This document shows positions 1-9,838 of a stretch of DNA of 64,000 nt, piece after piece (within the stretch, counting starts at the first letter, position 1; each line of letters begins with the position of its first letter). The translations under genes and the position numbers were made by a program. The notes under the pieces are model-generated. The model did not search any database. It was given only the letters and a program-made list of their open reading frames with translations, and was not told the origin of the DNA. The DNA comes from an uncultured Alphaproteobacteria bacterium (GTDB lineage: Bacteria > Pseudomonadota > Alphaproteobacteria > HIMB59 > GCA-002718135), in contig CACJSL010000003.1 in assembly GCA_902596065.1 (NCBI GenBank), positions 1,087 to 65,086 on the forward strand, given 5' to 3'.

Positions 1-44
1 CCAGGCGTTTCACAAGATATATGCTGTAATACAAGAATTTTCAT
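1..44 (-). CDS. Partial (N-terminus only) class I glutamine amidotransferase-like protein
   Basis: Manual translation from ATG at 44 gives MKILVLQHISCETPG, resembling the GATase1 N-terminal xxLxxQHxxxExPG pattern; runs off the window edge. Confidence 0.55.
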   Translation of the reverse strand, partial: MKILVLQHISCETP

Positions 45-59
45 TTTGTTTATTATAAA

Positions 60-503
60 TTATTTTTCTAGTTCTAAAAGCTGTTGTTTTAATATCAGTC
101 CTCCAATACTACTAAAACCACCAAGTGTGCCATCGTTTCTTATAACCCTGTGACAAGGAACAACAATTAAATGTTTATTTTGTCCACAAACTTTACCAAC
201 ATATCTTGGAGATGTGTTAAGTTTTTTAGCTATATATCCATAACTCCTAGTTTTGCCATAAGGGATTTTTTTTAACTCTGACCATATTTTTTTTTGTGTT
301 ATGGAACCATTTATTTTATATTTAAATTTCCAAGAAATTTTTTTTCCTTTGATATATTCTTTCATTTGTCTTTGAAATAAATTCAATAATTCCGAAGTAC
401 CTTTATTTTTGATCTTACCAAAAGATATAGAAGTAATGAAACTACTTTTCTCAGTAGCATTAATCCATCCATATTTTGTTTTAAAACAAATAGCCTTTTC
501 CAC
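60..503 (-). CDS. ogt: Methylated-DNA--protein-cysteine methyltransferase
   Basis: IPYGKTRSY helix-turn-helix region and PCHRV active-site motif. Confidence 0.93.
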   Translation of the reverse strand: MEKAICFKTKYGWINATEKSSFITSISFGKIKNKGTSELLNLFQRQMKEYIKGKKISWKFKYKINGSITQKKIWSELKKIPYGKTRSYGYIAKKLNTSPRYVGKVCGQNKHLIVVPCHRVIRNDGTLGGFSSIGGLILKQQLLELEK

Positions 504-532
504 TGTATATTCTTAATAACATAAATGTTAAA

Positions 533-631
533 TCATCTAATTGATAGAATAGTCCAAAAAACAGATAATCCTAAAAAAATGACAAAAGCCAAAACCAAAA
601 ATATAATTATTTCTTTAATCGGAAATTTCAT
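533..631 (-). CDS. Possible 32-aa single-TM small protein
   Basis: Manual translation MKFPIKEIIIFLVLAFVIFLGLSVFWTILSIR*; fills the M16-ogt gap on the same strand; hydrophobic ORFs arise easily in AT-rich DNA. Confidence 0.3.
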   Translation of the reverse strand: MKFPIKEIIIFLVLAFVIFLGLSVFWTILSIR

Positions 632-678
632 AAGGTTTTTTAATGATAAAGTATTTTTATATCTATTAAAGAAAAAAA

Positions 679-1932
679 TTAATTAAATCTATTTTGAATT
701 TGATCAATATTTTCAAGATTTTTTATAGGGCCAATACTCGATATAGCTATAGGGCCTGATATTATTTTCTTTGCAACTCTTTTTACAGTATCTATAGATA
801 CTTCATCAATTTTTTTAATAATTTCAGACGGTTCTATTACGCGATTATGTATTAAGAGCTGATAAGCTGCAGAAGTACATCTTGAGTTAGCTCTTTCTCT
901 ACGCATCATTTGATTTACCTTTAGTTGGGCTTTTCCTCTATTAACTTCTTTTTCAACTATATTATCTAAACTTTTATTTAATTCATCACACAAAATTGGC
1001 ATCAATTCTTTTATCTGAGTTTCTCCAGTTCCACATCCAACACCAAATATTCCAGTATCAGTATATGAACCACTGAATGAATGAATATCATAAACTAGTC
1101 CTCGTTTTTCTCTTATTTCTTGGAATAATCGAGACGACATTCCCCCACCTATTAAAGAGTCATATATTTCAAGAGAATAATAATCATCATGATAATAATC
1201 TATGCCTTCAAAGCCTAACATTAAATGTATTTGTTCAAGTTTTTTATCTTCTCTATATTCCCCAGATTTAAAATTCGCTTTTTCAGGTAAATCTGATTTT
1301 CCATTTGGAAGATTATTTAGTTTTGTCTTTAACTGCTCCACAAAGCTATCATGATCTACTTTGCCTGCAGCACTAATAACCATTTTTTTTGGATTATAAT
1401 GTTCATTCATAAAATTAATAATTTCATTTCTAGATATTTTTTCTATTATATCTTTTGGTCCAAGAATAGATCTGCCCATAGCTTGATTGGGATAAGCTTT
1501 TTCAAAAAAATAATCACCAACCATTGAAGCCGGAACATCTAAATACATTCCAATTTCTTGTATTATTGTTCCTCTTTCTTTATTAAGTTCTTTTTCATCA
1601 AATATAGAGTTTTGTAAAATATCTGTAAGAATATCAATACCGAGAGGTAAGTCATCTCCTAAAAGACTAACGGTATATGCTGTTATTTCTTTAGAAGTAT
1701 AAGCATTGATATTTCCTCCTACATTTTCGATTGTATCTGATATTTGTAAAGCTGTTTTAGAAGTTGTGCCTTTAAATGCCATATGCTCTAAAAAATGCGC
1801 GGCTCCATTTATTTCTTTTTTTTCATCTCTATTACCTACAGAATTAAAAATACCCATATAAACAGTTTCAAGCCCAGGCATATTTTGAGTAACAATTCTG
1901 AGACCATTATCTAATGTTGTAATATTAACCAT
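679..1932 (-). CDS. M16 family zinc peptidase (MPP/insulinase-like)
   Basis: HFLEH inverted zinc motif, INAYTS, GGGMSSRLFQEIREKRGLVY. Confidence 0.95.
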   Translation of the reverse strand: MVNITTLDNGLRIVTQNMPGLETVYMGIFNSVGNRDEKKEINGAAHFLEHMAFKGTTSKTALQISDTIENVGGNINAYTSKEITAYTVSLLGDDLPLGIDILTDILQNSIFDEKELNKERGTIIQEIGMYLDVPASMVGDYFFEKAYPNQAMGRSILGPKDIIEKISRNEIINFMNEHYNPKKMVISAAGKVDHDSFVEQLKTKLNNLPNGKSDLPEKANFKSGEYREDKKLEQIHLMLGFEGIDYYHDDYYSLEIYDSLIGGGMSSRLFQEIREKRGLVYDIHSFSGSYTDTGIFGVGCGTGETQIKELMPILCDELNKSLDNIVEKEVNRGKAQLKVNQMMRRERANSRCTSAAYQLLIHNRVIEPSEIIKKIDEVSIDTVKRVAKKIISGPIAISSIGPIKNLENIDQIQNRFN

Positions 1933-1934
1933 AT

Positions 1935-3302
1935 TTATAAATTTTTAAGAACTAGCGATTTTACTGCTTCAGTTTCATTATTTAATATAGTCATCTTTTC
2001 TTTTTTATCAAAGATATTTTCTAACTCTTTTGGGGTTAATGACTTACTACCAGTAGCCTTTTCAACAGCATCATTAAATTTTGCTGGATGAGCACAAGCC
2101 AGACTGATATAGGGATGGTCTGGATCAACATTCTTTAAAATAGATAATCCTGTTGCTGTATGTGGGTCAGATAAGTAATCATATTTTTTTTTATAATAAC
2201 TTATAGTTTCTATTGTATTTGTATTTGAAACAGCTGTTGACTCATAAATTGATTGTAAATTTGAAATTATTGATTTATCAAATTCATATTCACCTTTAAT
2301 TGAGTACTCTCTCATAATTTGATTAACTTTTTCACTATCATGACCAAAAGATTCAAAAATTTGACGCTCAAAATTACTAGAAATTTGAATATCCATACTA
2401 GGACTATAGGTTTTTTTAACCTCTTTTACTCTCATTAAACCATGTTTAATTATTTGGTTTAAAGAATCGTTTTCATTAGTTGCAATATGTAATTTTCTTA
2501 TTGGAAGTCCCATATTTTGTGCTGCGTGTGCTGAAAAAACATTACCAAAATTTCCAGAAGGAACAATGAAGCTAACTTCTTTATCTTCTATTTGAAGATA
2601 TGCCCAAAAATAGTAAATAATTTGAGCCATAAGACGAGCCCAATTGATAGAGTTAATAGCTGTTAAAGAAGTTTTACCTTGAATATCTTTATCCAAAAAT
2701 AATTCTTTTACTATTCTTTGACAATCATCAAAATTACCTTCTATAGCAACATTAAAAATATTTTCATCTAAATTAGTTGTCATTTGTTTTCTTTGCACTT
2801 CCGAAACTTTGTTATGTGGATGAAGAATAAAAACATTTATATTTTTTTTACCTTTAAAAGCGTTTATGGCTGCTGAACCTGTATCTCCTGATGTAGCACC
2901 TAATATGGTTAATTGATTAGTTTTTTTTTGCATACAATGCGAGAAAAGATTTCCTAAAAATTGCATTGCATAATCTTTAAATGCAAAAGTTGGCCCATAA
3001 AATAACTCTAAAATATATTTGTTATTATCAATTTTATATAAAGGAGCTATTTTTGAGTGTGAAAAATTTTTGTATGTAGAAATTATAATTTCATATAAGT
3101 CTTCTTCTGATACTTCATTAGCAACAAAAGGGTTGATAATATTCAAAGCTACTTCTTCATAACTTTTATCTCTCAAAGTATTAATATCTAATAAGGGCCA
3201 AGATTCAGGTAAATAAAGACCTCCATCTTTTGATAATCCTTGAAATAGAATATTTGTGAAAGATTCTTTTAAATTATTGTTTCTAGTACTTAAATATTTC
3301 AT
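1935..3302 (-). CDS. thrC: Threonine synthase
   Basis: MKYLSTR start, GPTFAFKD PLP lysine, ATSGDTG, NSINWAR, PSGNFGN, DPHTA. Confidence 0.97.
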   Translation of the reverse strand: MKYLSTRNNNLKESFTNILFQGLSKDGGLYLPESWPLLDINTLRDKSYEEVALNIINPFVANEVSEEDLYEIIISTYKNFSHSKIAPLYKIDNNKYILELFYGPTFAFKDYAMQFLGNLFSHCMQKKTNQLTILGATSGDTGSAAINAFKGKKNINVFILHPHNKVSEVQRKQMTTNLDENIFNVAIEGNFDDCQRIVKELFLDKDIQGKTSLTAINSINWARLMAQIIYYFWAYLQIEDKEVSFIVPSGNFGNVFSAHAAQNMGLPIRKLHIATNENDSLNQIIKHGLMRVKEVKKTYSPSMDIQISSNFERQIFESFGHDSEKVNQIMREYSIKGEYEFDKSIISNLQSIYESTAVSNTNTIETISYYKKKYDYLSDPHTATGLSILKNVDPDHPYISLACAHPAKFNDAVEKATGSKSLTPKELENIFDKKEKMTILNNETEAVKSLVLKNL

Positions 3303-3320
3303 ATACTGTTAATAAATCAA

Positions 3321-4805
3321 TTATAAATAACGATTACTAATATATTCTTTAAAATACTTAGCATTTAAGGAACTCTTTGTAACCTGTTCTAAAATCTCAT
3401 TGGTAGTAAAAAAACTACCTTTTTGATGAATATTTCTTTTTAACCAAGTAATTAAAGCTTTGAAATTACCATCTTCAATATTTTGATCTAACTTAGGAAT
3501 TTCTTTACGGATTGTTTCTGCAAACTGCGCAGATGCAAGAGCGCCCAAAGTATAAGTAGGGAAATAACCAATTAAACCAGCATACCAATGAATATCCTGC
3601 AAGCAACCATTAGTATCTTTATCTATATTTTTACCAAACATTTTTTTATATTCTGTGTTCCATGCCTCAGGAATATCATTTGTAGATAGATCCCCATTGA
3701 TAATTTTTTTTTCTAAATTAAATCTCATAATTATATGCAAAGGATAAGTAACTTCATCAGCTTCCACGCGAATATAAGTTTTGTTAACTTGCGTACTTAA
3801 TAAATACAAATTTTCAGCTGACCACTCTTTTCCACTTAAACTTAAATTTTCTTTTAAAATTTTTGATAAATATTTTTTAAAAGCTAAAGATCGAGTGATT
3901 TGCATTTCTATAAGCAAAGACTGACTCTCATGCATTGCCATTCCTCTAGATCTACCAACAGGTTGGTGTTGCCACTCTGAAGGTAATCCTAATTCATATA
4001 AAGCGTGCCCCGTTTCATGCATAACTCCTTCTAAAGATGAAAAGGGATCTTTTTCACTATAACGAGTAGTAATACGCACATCTTCCGTAGCTCCTCCACA
4101 AAAAGGATGTTCACTTTTATCTAACCTGCCTTTAGTAAAATCAAACCCAATAGTTTCCATTAAAATTTTAGCAATTTTATGTTGATTAAAAGAAGAAAAT
4201 TCATCTTCTATAGGTAAAGCAGATTCTTTTTTTTGTTTTTCAATTATCTTATCTATAGATGATAATAAAAATATTTCTAAATCTTTAAAAACTTTTGTTA
4301 TGTGATCTACATTAGAATAAGGTTCGTATTTTTGAATTAAAGCTTCATATGGAGAGCAATTTAATTTTTCACTTAAAATTTCAGATTCCTGCCTAGATAA
4401 ATTAATCAGTTCGTTTAATGAATTTTTAACAATACTAAAATCACAATTTTTTTTAGCTTCCTGCCATTTACCTTCACACAAGGCAGATGTCTTTGAAATA
4501 GCTTCTACTAAATCACTAGGCAAAGATGATAATAACACATATTCTCTTTGCATCTCTTTAAAGTTAGTTAAATCATTTTTAGATAGTTGACCGCTATCAA
4601 TATTAGAGATTAATTCTGTTACACTTGGATCTGATAATAAACTATGCTTAAGATTAGCAATAAATGCTAGTTGATTTGCTCTATTTTGCCTTGAATTAGA
4701 AGGCATCATTGTAGACATATCCCAATGCAAAATCCCCTCAACATCTGAAGCAATAGAAACTTTAGAAAAAACTTCCTTTAACTGATTATATTCTTTTAAA
4801 CTCAT
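3321..4805 (-). CDS. Carboxypeptidase, M32 family
   Basis: HPF, HETGHALYE, HESQS, IRVEADE, GCLQDIHW motifs. Confidence 0.95.
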   Translation of the reverse strand: MSLKEYNQLKEVFSKVSIASDVEGILHWDMSTMMPSNSRQNRANQLAFIANLKHSLLSDPSVTELISNIDSGQLSKNDLTNFKEMQREYVLLSSLPSDLVEAISKTSALCEGKWQEAKKNCDFSIVKNSLNELINLSRQESEILSEKLNCSPYEALIQKYEPYSNVDHITKVFKDLEIFLLSSIDKIIEKQKKESALPIEDEFSSFNQHKIAKILMETIGFDFTKGRLDKSEHPFCGGATEDVRITTRYSEKDPFSSLEGVMHETGHALYELGLPSEWQHQPVGRSRGMAMHESQSLLIEMQITRSLAFKKYLSKILKENLSLSGKEWSAENLYLLSTQVNKTYIRVEADEVTYPLHIIMRFNLEKKIINGDLSTNDIPEAWNTEYKKMFGKNIDKDTNGCLQDIHWYAGLIGYFPTYTLGALASAQFAETIRKEIPKLDQNIEDGNFKALITWLKRNIHQKGSFFTTNEILEQVTKSSLNAKYFKEYISNRYL

Positions 4806-4823
4806 TTATTATTATCACTAAAT

Positions 4824-6575
4824 TTATAAGTTAAGTTCTTGTTGTAATTGTAATTTTGAATATAAATTACATTTATTCAATAATTCTTTATGCTGACCTT
4901 CTCCAACAATTTTTCCTTTATCTAATACATATATTAAATCGGCATCTTCAATTGAACTAAGTCTATGTGCTATAATAACAGAGGTTTTATTTTTCATTAA
5001 TTTATTAATAGAATTTTGTATTTTTTGTTCTGTTAAATTATCTAAAGCTGAAGTAGCTTCATCAAATAAAAGTATAGGAGCATTTTTTAATATCGCTCTT
5101 GCTATAGCTATACGTTGTCTTTGCCCTCCAGATAATTTTACACCACTTTCTCCAACTATTGTATCTAATTTATTCGGAAAAGTATTAGCAAATTCATTAA
5201 CTCCTGCTTCTTCTGCTGCATTTAAAATTTCAGCAGTATTAGCTTGTAAATTTCCATATTCTATATTTGTTTTTATGCTTTGGTTAAAAAGTATCGTTTC
5301 TTGACTGACTAAAGAAAAATTGTCTCTTAATGATTTTAAAGAATACTTACTGATATCTTGTTCATCTATAAATATTTCTCCATCATAATTATTGTAAAAT
5401 CTTAGTAAAAGACTAATTATTGTTGATTTTCCTGATCCAGATAAACCAACGATAGCAACTTTTTTACCTTCAGGAATAGTGATATTGAGATTTTCTAAAA
5501 CATTTATATTTTCATATGCAAAATTTAAATTTTTTATTTGTATTTTTCCCTTTTTTACCAATAATTCATCTTTGAAATTATCAGTTTCTTTATTTTCATC
5601 TTCAGAATCCATAAGCTGAAAAATTCGATCAGCACCAGCTAATCCCTCCTGAATACTAATATTTAAATTTCCTAGAGCTTTAACTGGTTGATAAGCTAAT
5701 AATAAACTAACTAAAAAACTCATAAATTGGCCAGTAGTCATTGATTCATTTAATACAAAAACTCCTCCTACATAAATTGAAAGAGCTATAGCTAAACTGC
5801 CTATAAATTCCATAAGTGGACTCAAGCGATTACTGATAAATGCAGATTTTATAAAATAATCTTTTATCTGATTGATTGTCTCAAATGATTTTTGTTTTTC
5901 AAAATCTTCTCTATTGTAAGCCTTAACTTGTCTTATAGATTTAATACTTTCACTTAATGAATTAGAAAATATAGCTATTTGTTGTTGAATGTTGCGTGTA
6001 ATTTTCCTTATACTATTGCCAATTTTTCTAATTGGCCACAATGCTAAAGGAAAGGCAAAAAAAGCAAAAATAGTTAATTCCCAACTTTGATAAAACATAT
6101 TTCCTAATAAAAATATAATTACTAAAACATCTTTAATTACACCAGTAACAGACTTCACTATTGCCATTCTTAAAAAATATGTGTCGTTTATTAATCTAGA
6201 AATTAAATTTCCAGACTTTGAGTCATTATAAAATTTTATATTAAAAAACATTAATTTCTCGAACATTTCAGATTGTAACTTAGATATTACTAAGTGGGCA
6301 ACTTTGCTCATTTGAAATGAATGTGTGTACGTTGCTAACCCTTTGCATAAAGTAACTAATATGATTGCAAATGGTATTAAAAATAACATTTCCTTATTAC
6401 CTTTGATTAAAACTTCATCTAAAGCAGGACGAACTAACCATGCATGCAAGCCAGTTGCTGCGGCTGAAATAATCATCATAATTAATGCTAAAAAAATTTT
6501 AAATTTATGAGGAAAAATATAATCTTTTATTAATCTAAAAATTATTTTTTTATTAGTGTGTTTATTTTTAGTCAT
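4824..6575 (-). CDS. msbA: MsbA-like ABC exporter (fused TMD-NBD)
   Basis: Six-TM N-terminal half; GLSGSGKST, LSGGQRQR, DEATSALD; lipid A genes nearby. Confidence 0.8.
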   Translation of the reverse strand: MTKNKHTNKKIIFRLIKDYIFPHKFKIFLALIMMIISAAATGLHAWLVRPALDEVLIKGNKEMLFLIPFAIILVTLCKGLATYTHSFQMSKVAHLVISKLQSEMFEKLMFFNIKFYNDSKSGNLISRLINDTYFLRMAIVKSVTGVIKDVLVIIFLLGNMFYQSWELTIFAFFAFPLALWPIRKIGNSIRKITRNIQQQIAIFSNSLSESIKSIRQVKAYNREDFEKQKSFETINQIKDYFIKSAFISNRLSPLMEFIGSLAIALSIYVGGVFVLNESMTTGQFMSFLVSLLLAYQPVKALGNLNISIQEGLAGADRIFQLMDSEDENKETDNFKDELLVKKGKIQIKNLNFAYENINVLENLNITIPEGKKVAIVGLSGSGKSTIISLLLRFYNNYDGEIFIDEQDISKYSLKSLRDNFSLVSQETILFNQSIKTNIEYGNLQANTAEILNAAEEAGVNEFANTFPNKLDTIVGESGVKLSGGQRQRIAIARAILKNAPILLFDEATSALDNLTEQKIQNSINKLMKNKTSVIIAHRLSSIEDADLIYVLDKGKIVGEGQHKELLNKCNLYSKLQLQQELNL

Positions 6576-6584
6576 ATATATTAT

Positions 6585-7448
6585 TTAAAAAGTTAAAAGA
6601 TATATAAAACATAATAATCCAATTATATTATTAAATCTAAAGTAAAAATTACTGCTCATTTTAGAATTAAGATCCCATTTATTCAAATAAATTACAATAG
6701 CAAGAATTAAACAAAATACTGGTACTAAACTTAATAAAGATTGGGCAGTCAGGTAATTTGCACAAGCTAAAAAAGCTATAAATAAACAATAAAAAATTTG
6801 TACGTAAGTTTTGCCTTTAGAGCCAAAAAGAACAGCTGTAGATTTAATATTATTTTTTAAATCATCCTCTCGGTCTTGATAAGCATAGATTGTATCATAT
6901 GCAAGTGTCCAAAAAATACAGCCTATGTACAATAATAAATGATTTAGAGAAATTTTTTCATAAAATTGCATTGATACAATAAGCACTCCCCAACTAAAAA
7001 CGATACCTAAACCAAGTTGTGGCCAATAAGTATATCGTTTTAAAAATGGATAAATAATAATAAACGGGATAGAAAAAATACCACATAAAATTGCAATTTT
7101 TGTAAACTGTAATAAAATTATTAATGAAAAAATAAGTAAAAAAAATAATAAAATAAAAGACTCTAAAACAGTAATTTTATTTGAAGCAAGAGGTCTATTA
7201 AAAGTTCTTTGAACCTTTCTGTCTATTTTAATATCTACCAAGTCATTAATTATACAACCAGCACTTCTCATTAAAACAGCACCTATAAAAAAATATATGT
7301 ACCAATTTATTAATTGAAATTTTTTTTGAACTATTTCAGCTAACGCAAACCAACATGGCCACATTAAAAGCATAAACCCAATAGGCTTATTTAATCTTAT
7401 AAGATTAATAAAATACTTTATTTTAATAGGATTAATTACATTAAGCAT
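6585..7448 (-). CDS. ubiA: 4-hydroxybenzoate polyprenyltransferase
   Basis: RLNKPIG, AGCIINDLVDIKID, YDTIYAYQD; start moved to ATG 7448 to avoid overlapping rsmE. Confidence 0.93.
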   Translation of the reverse strand: MLNVINPIKIKYFINLIRLNKPIGFMLLMWPCWFALAEIVQKKFQLINWYIYFFIGAVLMRSAGCIINDLVDIKIDRKVQRTFNRPLASNKITVLESFILLFFLLIFSLIILLQFTKIAILCGIFSIPFIIIYPFLKRYTYWPQLGLGIVFSWGVLIVSMQFYEKISLNHLLLYIGCIFWTLAYDTIYAYQDREDDLKNNIKSTAVLFGSKGKTYVQIFYCLFIAFLACANYLTAQSLLSLVPVFCLILAIVIYLNKWDLNSKMSSNFYFRFNNIIGLLCFIYLLTF

Positions 7449-7481
7449 AAAAAATGTTAAATATTTCATTATATTAAAATA

Positions 7482-8210
7482 ATGAAAAAGTCCAAAACAC
7501 GTATATTTGTCGATCAAAAAATAACAGCTAATTTAATTATTTATATTAAGAATAAGCAACATCATTATTTAAAAAATGTTATGCGTGTAAAAATAAATGA
7601 TCTGATAAACATATTTGATGCAATATCAGGTGAATGGGAAGCAAAAATTGCATCTATAAATAGAGATAATATTGTATTACGAGTAATTAAGAAAAAAAAT
7701 CTGCTTATAAAATCAAAAGATATTTGGTTAGTATTTGCCCCTATTAAATCACAAAGAATGAATATAGCTATTCAAAAGGCTACTGAATTAGGTATATCAA
7801 AAATTATACCTTGTGAAACGCAGTACTCTAATATTAAAAATATAAATATTAAAAGTCTTAGGGATAATGCTATTGAAGCAGCTGAACAGAGTGAAAGATT
7901 AGATATTCCTACAATTGAAAAAATTTGTAACTTAAATGAGCTTATCTCAAATTGGCCAAAAGATAGAAAATTAATTTTTTGTGATGAAGCAATAAAGAAA
8001 AATCAATTTATTATTGAGACTCTGTTATCTTTGAAAAATGTTGAAAATAAATTTGGTATTTTGATTGGTCCAGAAGGAGGATTTTCAAATGAAGAAAGAG
8101 ATCTAATAAAAGGTGAAAAAAATGTTATATCTGTTTCTCTTGGTGATACAATTTTACGTTCAGATACAGCTATAACTGTAGCTTTATATTGTTTGAGAGA
8201 GTTGACTTAA
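7482..8210 (+). CDS. rsmE: 16S rRNA m3U1498 methyltransferase
   Basis: HYLKNVMR, QKATELG, EAAEQS, IGPEGGF, ILRSDTA. Confidence 0.95.
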   Translation: MKKSKTRIFVDQKITANLIIYIKNKQHHYLKNVMRVKINDLINIFDAISGEWEAKIASINRDNIVLRVIKKKNLLIKSKDIWLVFAPIKSQRMNIAIQKATELGISKIIPCETQYSNIKNINIKSLRDNAIEAAEQSERLDIPTIEKICNLNELISNWPKDRKLIFCDEAIKKNQFIIETLLSLKNVENKFGILIGPEGGFSNEERDLIKGEKNVISVSLGDTILRSDTAITVALYCLRELT

Positions 8211-8259
8211 AAAAAATATCATTTAATTAATATAGAAATTAATTTATAAAATAAATAAT

Positions 8260-8400
8260 ATGGAATTTACATCAGAATCATTACTTTTATTTCTTGTATT
8301 AGCTATATTCCTTTTCATTTACTTTCTTGTTACTAGAGTATGGATAAAAGTAGATGAAAGAAATAAAGAATCTTCATCTAATACTAATAAAGATAATTAA
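8260..8400 (+). CDS. Possible 46-aa single-TM small protein
   Basis: Manual translation MEFTSESLLLFLVLAIFLFIYFLVTRVWIKVDERNKESSSNTNKDN*; TM helix plus charged tail; stop overlaps the convergent ORF stop. Confidence 0.45.
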   Translation: MEFTSESLLLFLVLAIFLFIYFLVTRVWIKVDERNKESSSNTNKDN

Positions 8401-8600
8401 TAAATATTATATTTATCTAGAATCTTACGAAATAACTTATTTGCAAAAAAAAGAAAAATAGCTGAAAAAAGAATTACAATAACAGTAATACTTGCTCCCG
8501 ATAAACCATTAGTATAGCAAACAACACATCTAGCAAATGCTGATACGGGTATAAAAAATACTGTAATACTAGTTAAAATAAATAAAAAATAAGTCTTCAT
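8397..8600 (-). CDS. Small exported/membrane protein with CxxC motif, last gene of the oxidase operon
   Basis: Signal-like N-terminus ending AFA, then RCVVC, then a TM helix; start overlaps the cyoE stop (ATGA). Confidence 0.6.
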   Translation of the reverse strand: MKTYFLFILTSITVFFIPVSAFARCVVCYTNGLSGASITVIVILFSAIFLFFANKLFRKILDKYNIY

Positions 8601-9490
8601 ATAATACTATCTATTAATATAATTATAAAAATCAAGAATAAGTATAAAATTGAATATACAAATATTTTTTTAGCAATTACTTTGTCTTCGTTTGTTGTAA
8701 CTAATAATTTGTAGCATAAATAAACATAATAGATTCCTAATATAGCACTAACAAGTAAATAGATTGGTCCGTTAAATCCAAAAAAATATGGAGATAAAGA
8801 AATTAAAAATAAAATTAGTGAGTATATAAATATATTAATTTTTGTTATTTTTATTCCAGATACTACAGGTAGCATCGGTATCTTGGCATTAGAATAATCA
8901 TCAGTTTTATAAAGACTAAGAGCCCAAAAATGAGAAGGGGTCCAGAAAAATATTATTAAAAAAAGTAATAATGGCTCTAAAGATATGCTGTTAGTAGCTA
9001 TAGTCCATCCTATAATTGGAGGAAAGGCTCCTGCAGCTCCTCCTATGACAATATTCTGAGGAGTACGTTGTTTTAACCACATTGTATAAACGACTACATA
9101 AAATAATATTGTTATAGTCAACATAAGAGCTGATAAAAAATTAGAAAAAAAATAGAGTGCCAAAACAGAAACTATAGAGGTAATGATACCAAATATAAGT
9201 GCATTTTCTTTTTTAACCTTTCCAGTGGGTATGGGTCTTAAACATGTTCTTTTCATTAGTGCGTCTAAATCAGACTCATACCACATGTTTAAAGATCCAG
9301 CTGCTCCAGCACCTAAAGCTACGGCAGCTAAAGATAAGGAGGCAGTAATAAAATCTACTTGAACTGGGGCAATGATCAGACCTACAACACAAGTAAAAAT
9401 AACCAACGACATAACTCGTGGTTTCATTAATTGATAAAAACTGTGTAGATTAATTAGAAAATTTTTGTTGGTTAATATATTTTGTGTCAC
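8597..9490 (-). CDS. cyoE: Protoheme IX farnesyltransferase (heme O synthase)
   Basis: LMKPRVMSLV, NMWYESDLDALMKRTCLRPIP, QNIVIGG, WTPSHFWAL. Confidence 0.96.
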   Translation of the reverse strand: MTQNILTNKNFLINLHSFYQLMKPRVMSLVIFTCVVGLIIAPVQVDFITASLSLAAVALGAGAAGSLNMWYESDLDALMKRTCLRPIPTGKVKKENALIFGIITSIVSVLALYFFSNFLSALMLTITILFYVVVYTMWLKQRTPQNIVIGGAAGAFPPIIGWTIATNSISLEPLLLFLIIFFWTPSHFWALSLYKTDDYSNAKIPMLPVVSGIKITKINIFIYSLILFLISLSPYFFGFNGPIYLLVSAILGIYYVYLCYKLLVTTNEDKVIAKKIFVYSILYLFLIFIIILIDSII

Positions 9491-9506
9491 TAGCTAGTCC
9501 TCTAAA

Positions 9507-9830
9507 TTAAGAGCCAGCTATAGCAAAATATATTTTTCTAACTATTAAAGTCCAATATGACTCATGCCACATAATAAATACAAAAACTAAAATTGCAAAA
9601 CAAGGGAAAAGAATTGCTGCTATAATAGGCAATCTTTCCCAATACATGTGCATAAATATTGCACAAATAAAGCCTGCTTTAAGAAGCATAAATATTAGAA
9701 TTAGTGTCCAACGAGTATATCCCTGAAAGCCATACCAATCTACCCAATAGGAAATACCGCTGAAAACAAAAAGCAATGTCCAAACATAAAAATATGTTTT
9801 TAGAGGATGTTGTTGTGTACCTTCAGCCAT
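9507..9830 (-). CDS. Cytochrome c oxidase subunit IV family protein
   Basis: QQHP start, KAGFICAIFMHM motif, three TM helices, position in the cox operon. Confidence 0.85.
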   Translation of the reverse strand: MAEGTQQHPLKTYFYVWTLLFVFSGISYWVDWYGFQGYTRWTLILIFMLLKAGFICAIFMHMYWERLPIIAAILFPCFAILVFVFIMWHESYWTLIVRKIYFAIAGS

Positions 9831-9838
9831 AAATTACC

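Noticed and set aside
7449..7517. Long N-terminal extensions in the ORF track (ubiA 7517, coxO 11227, tadA 20642, PanB#1 31004, SBP1 44088, MocD#5 44222)
   Set aside because: They overlap neighbouring genes or run through the RBS; downstream ATGs fit RBS positions or paralogue alignments better.
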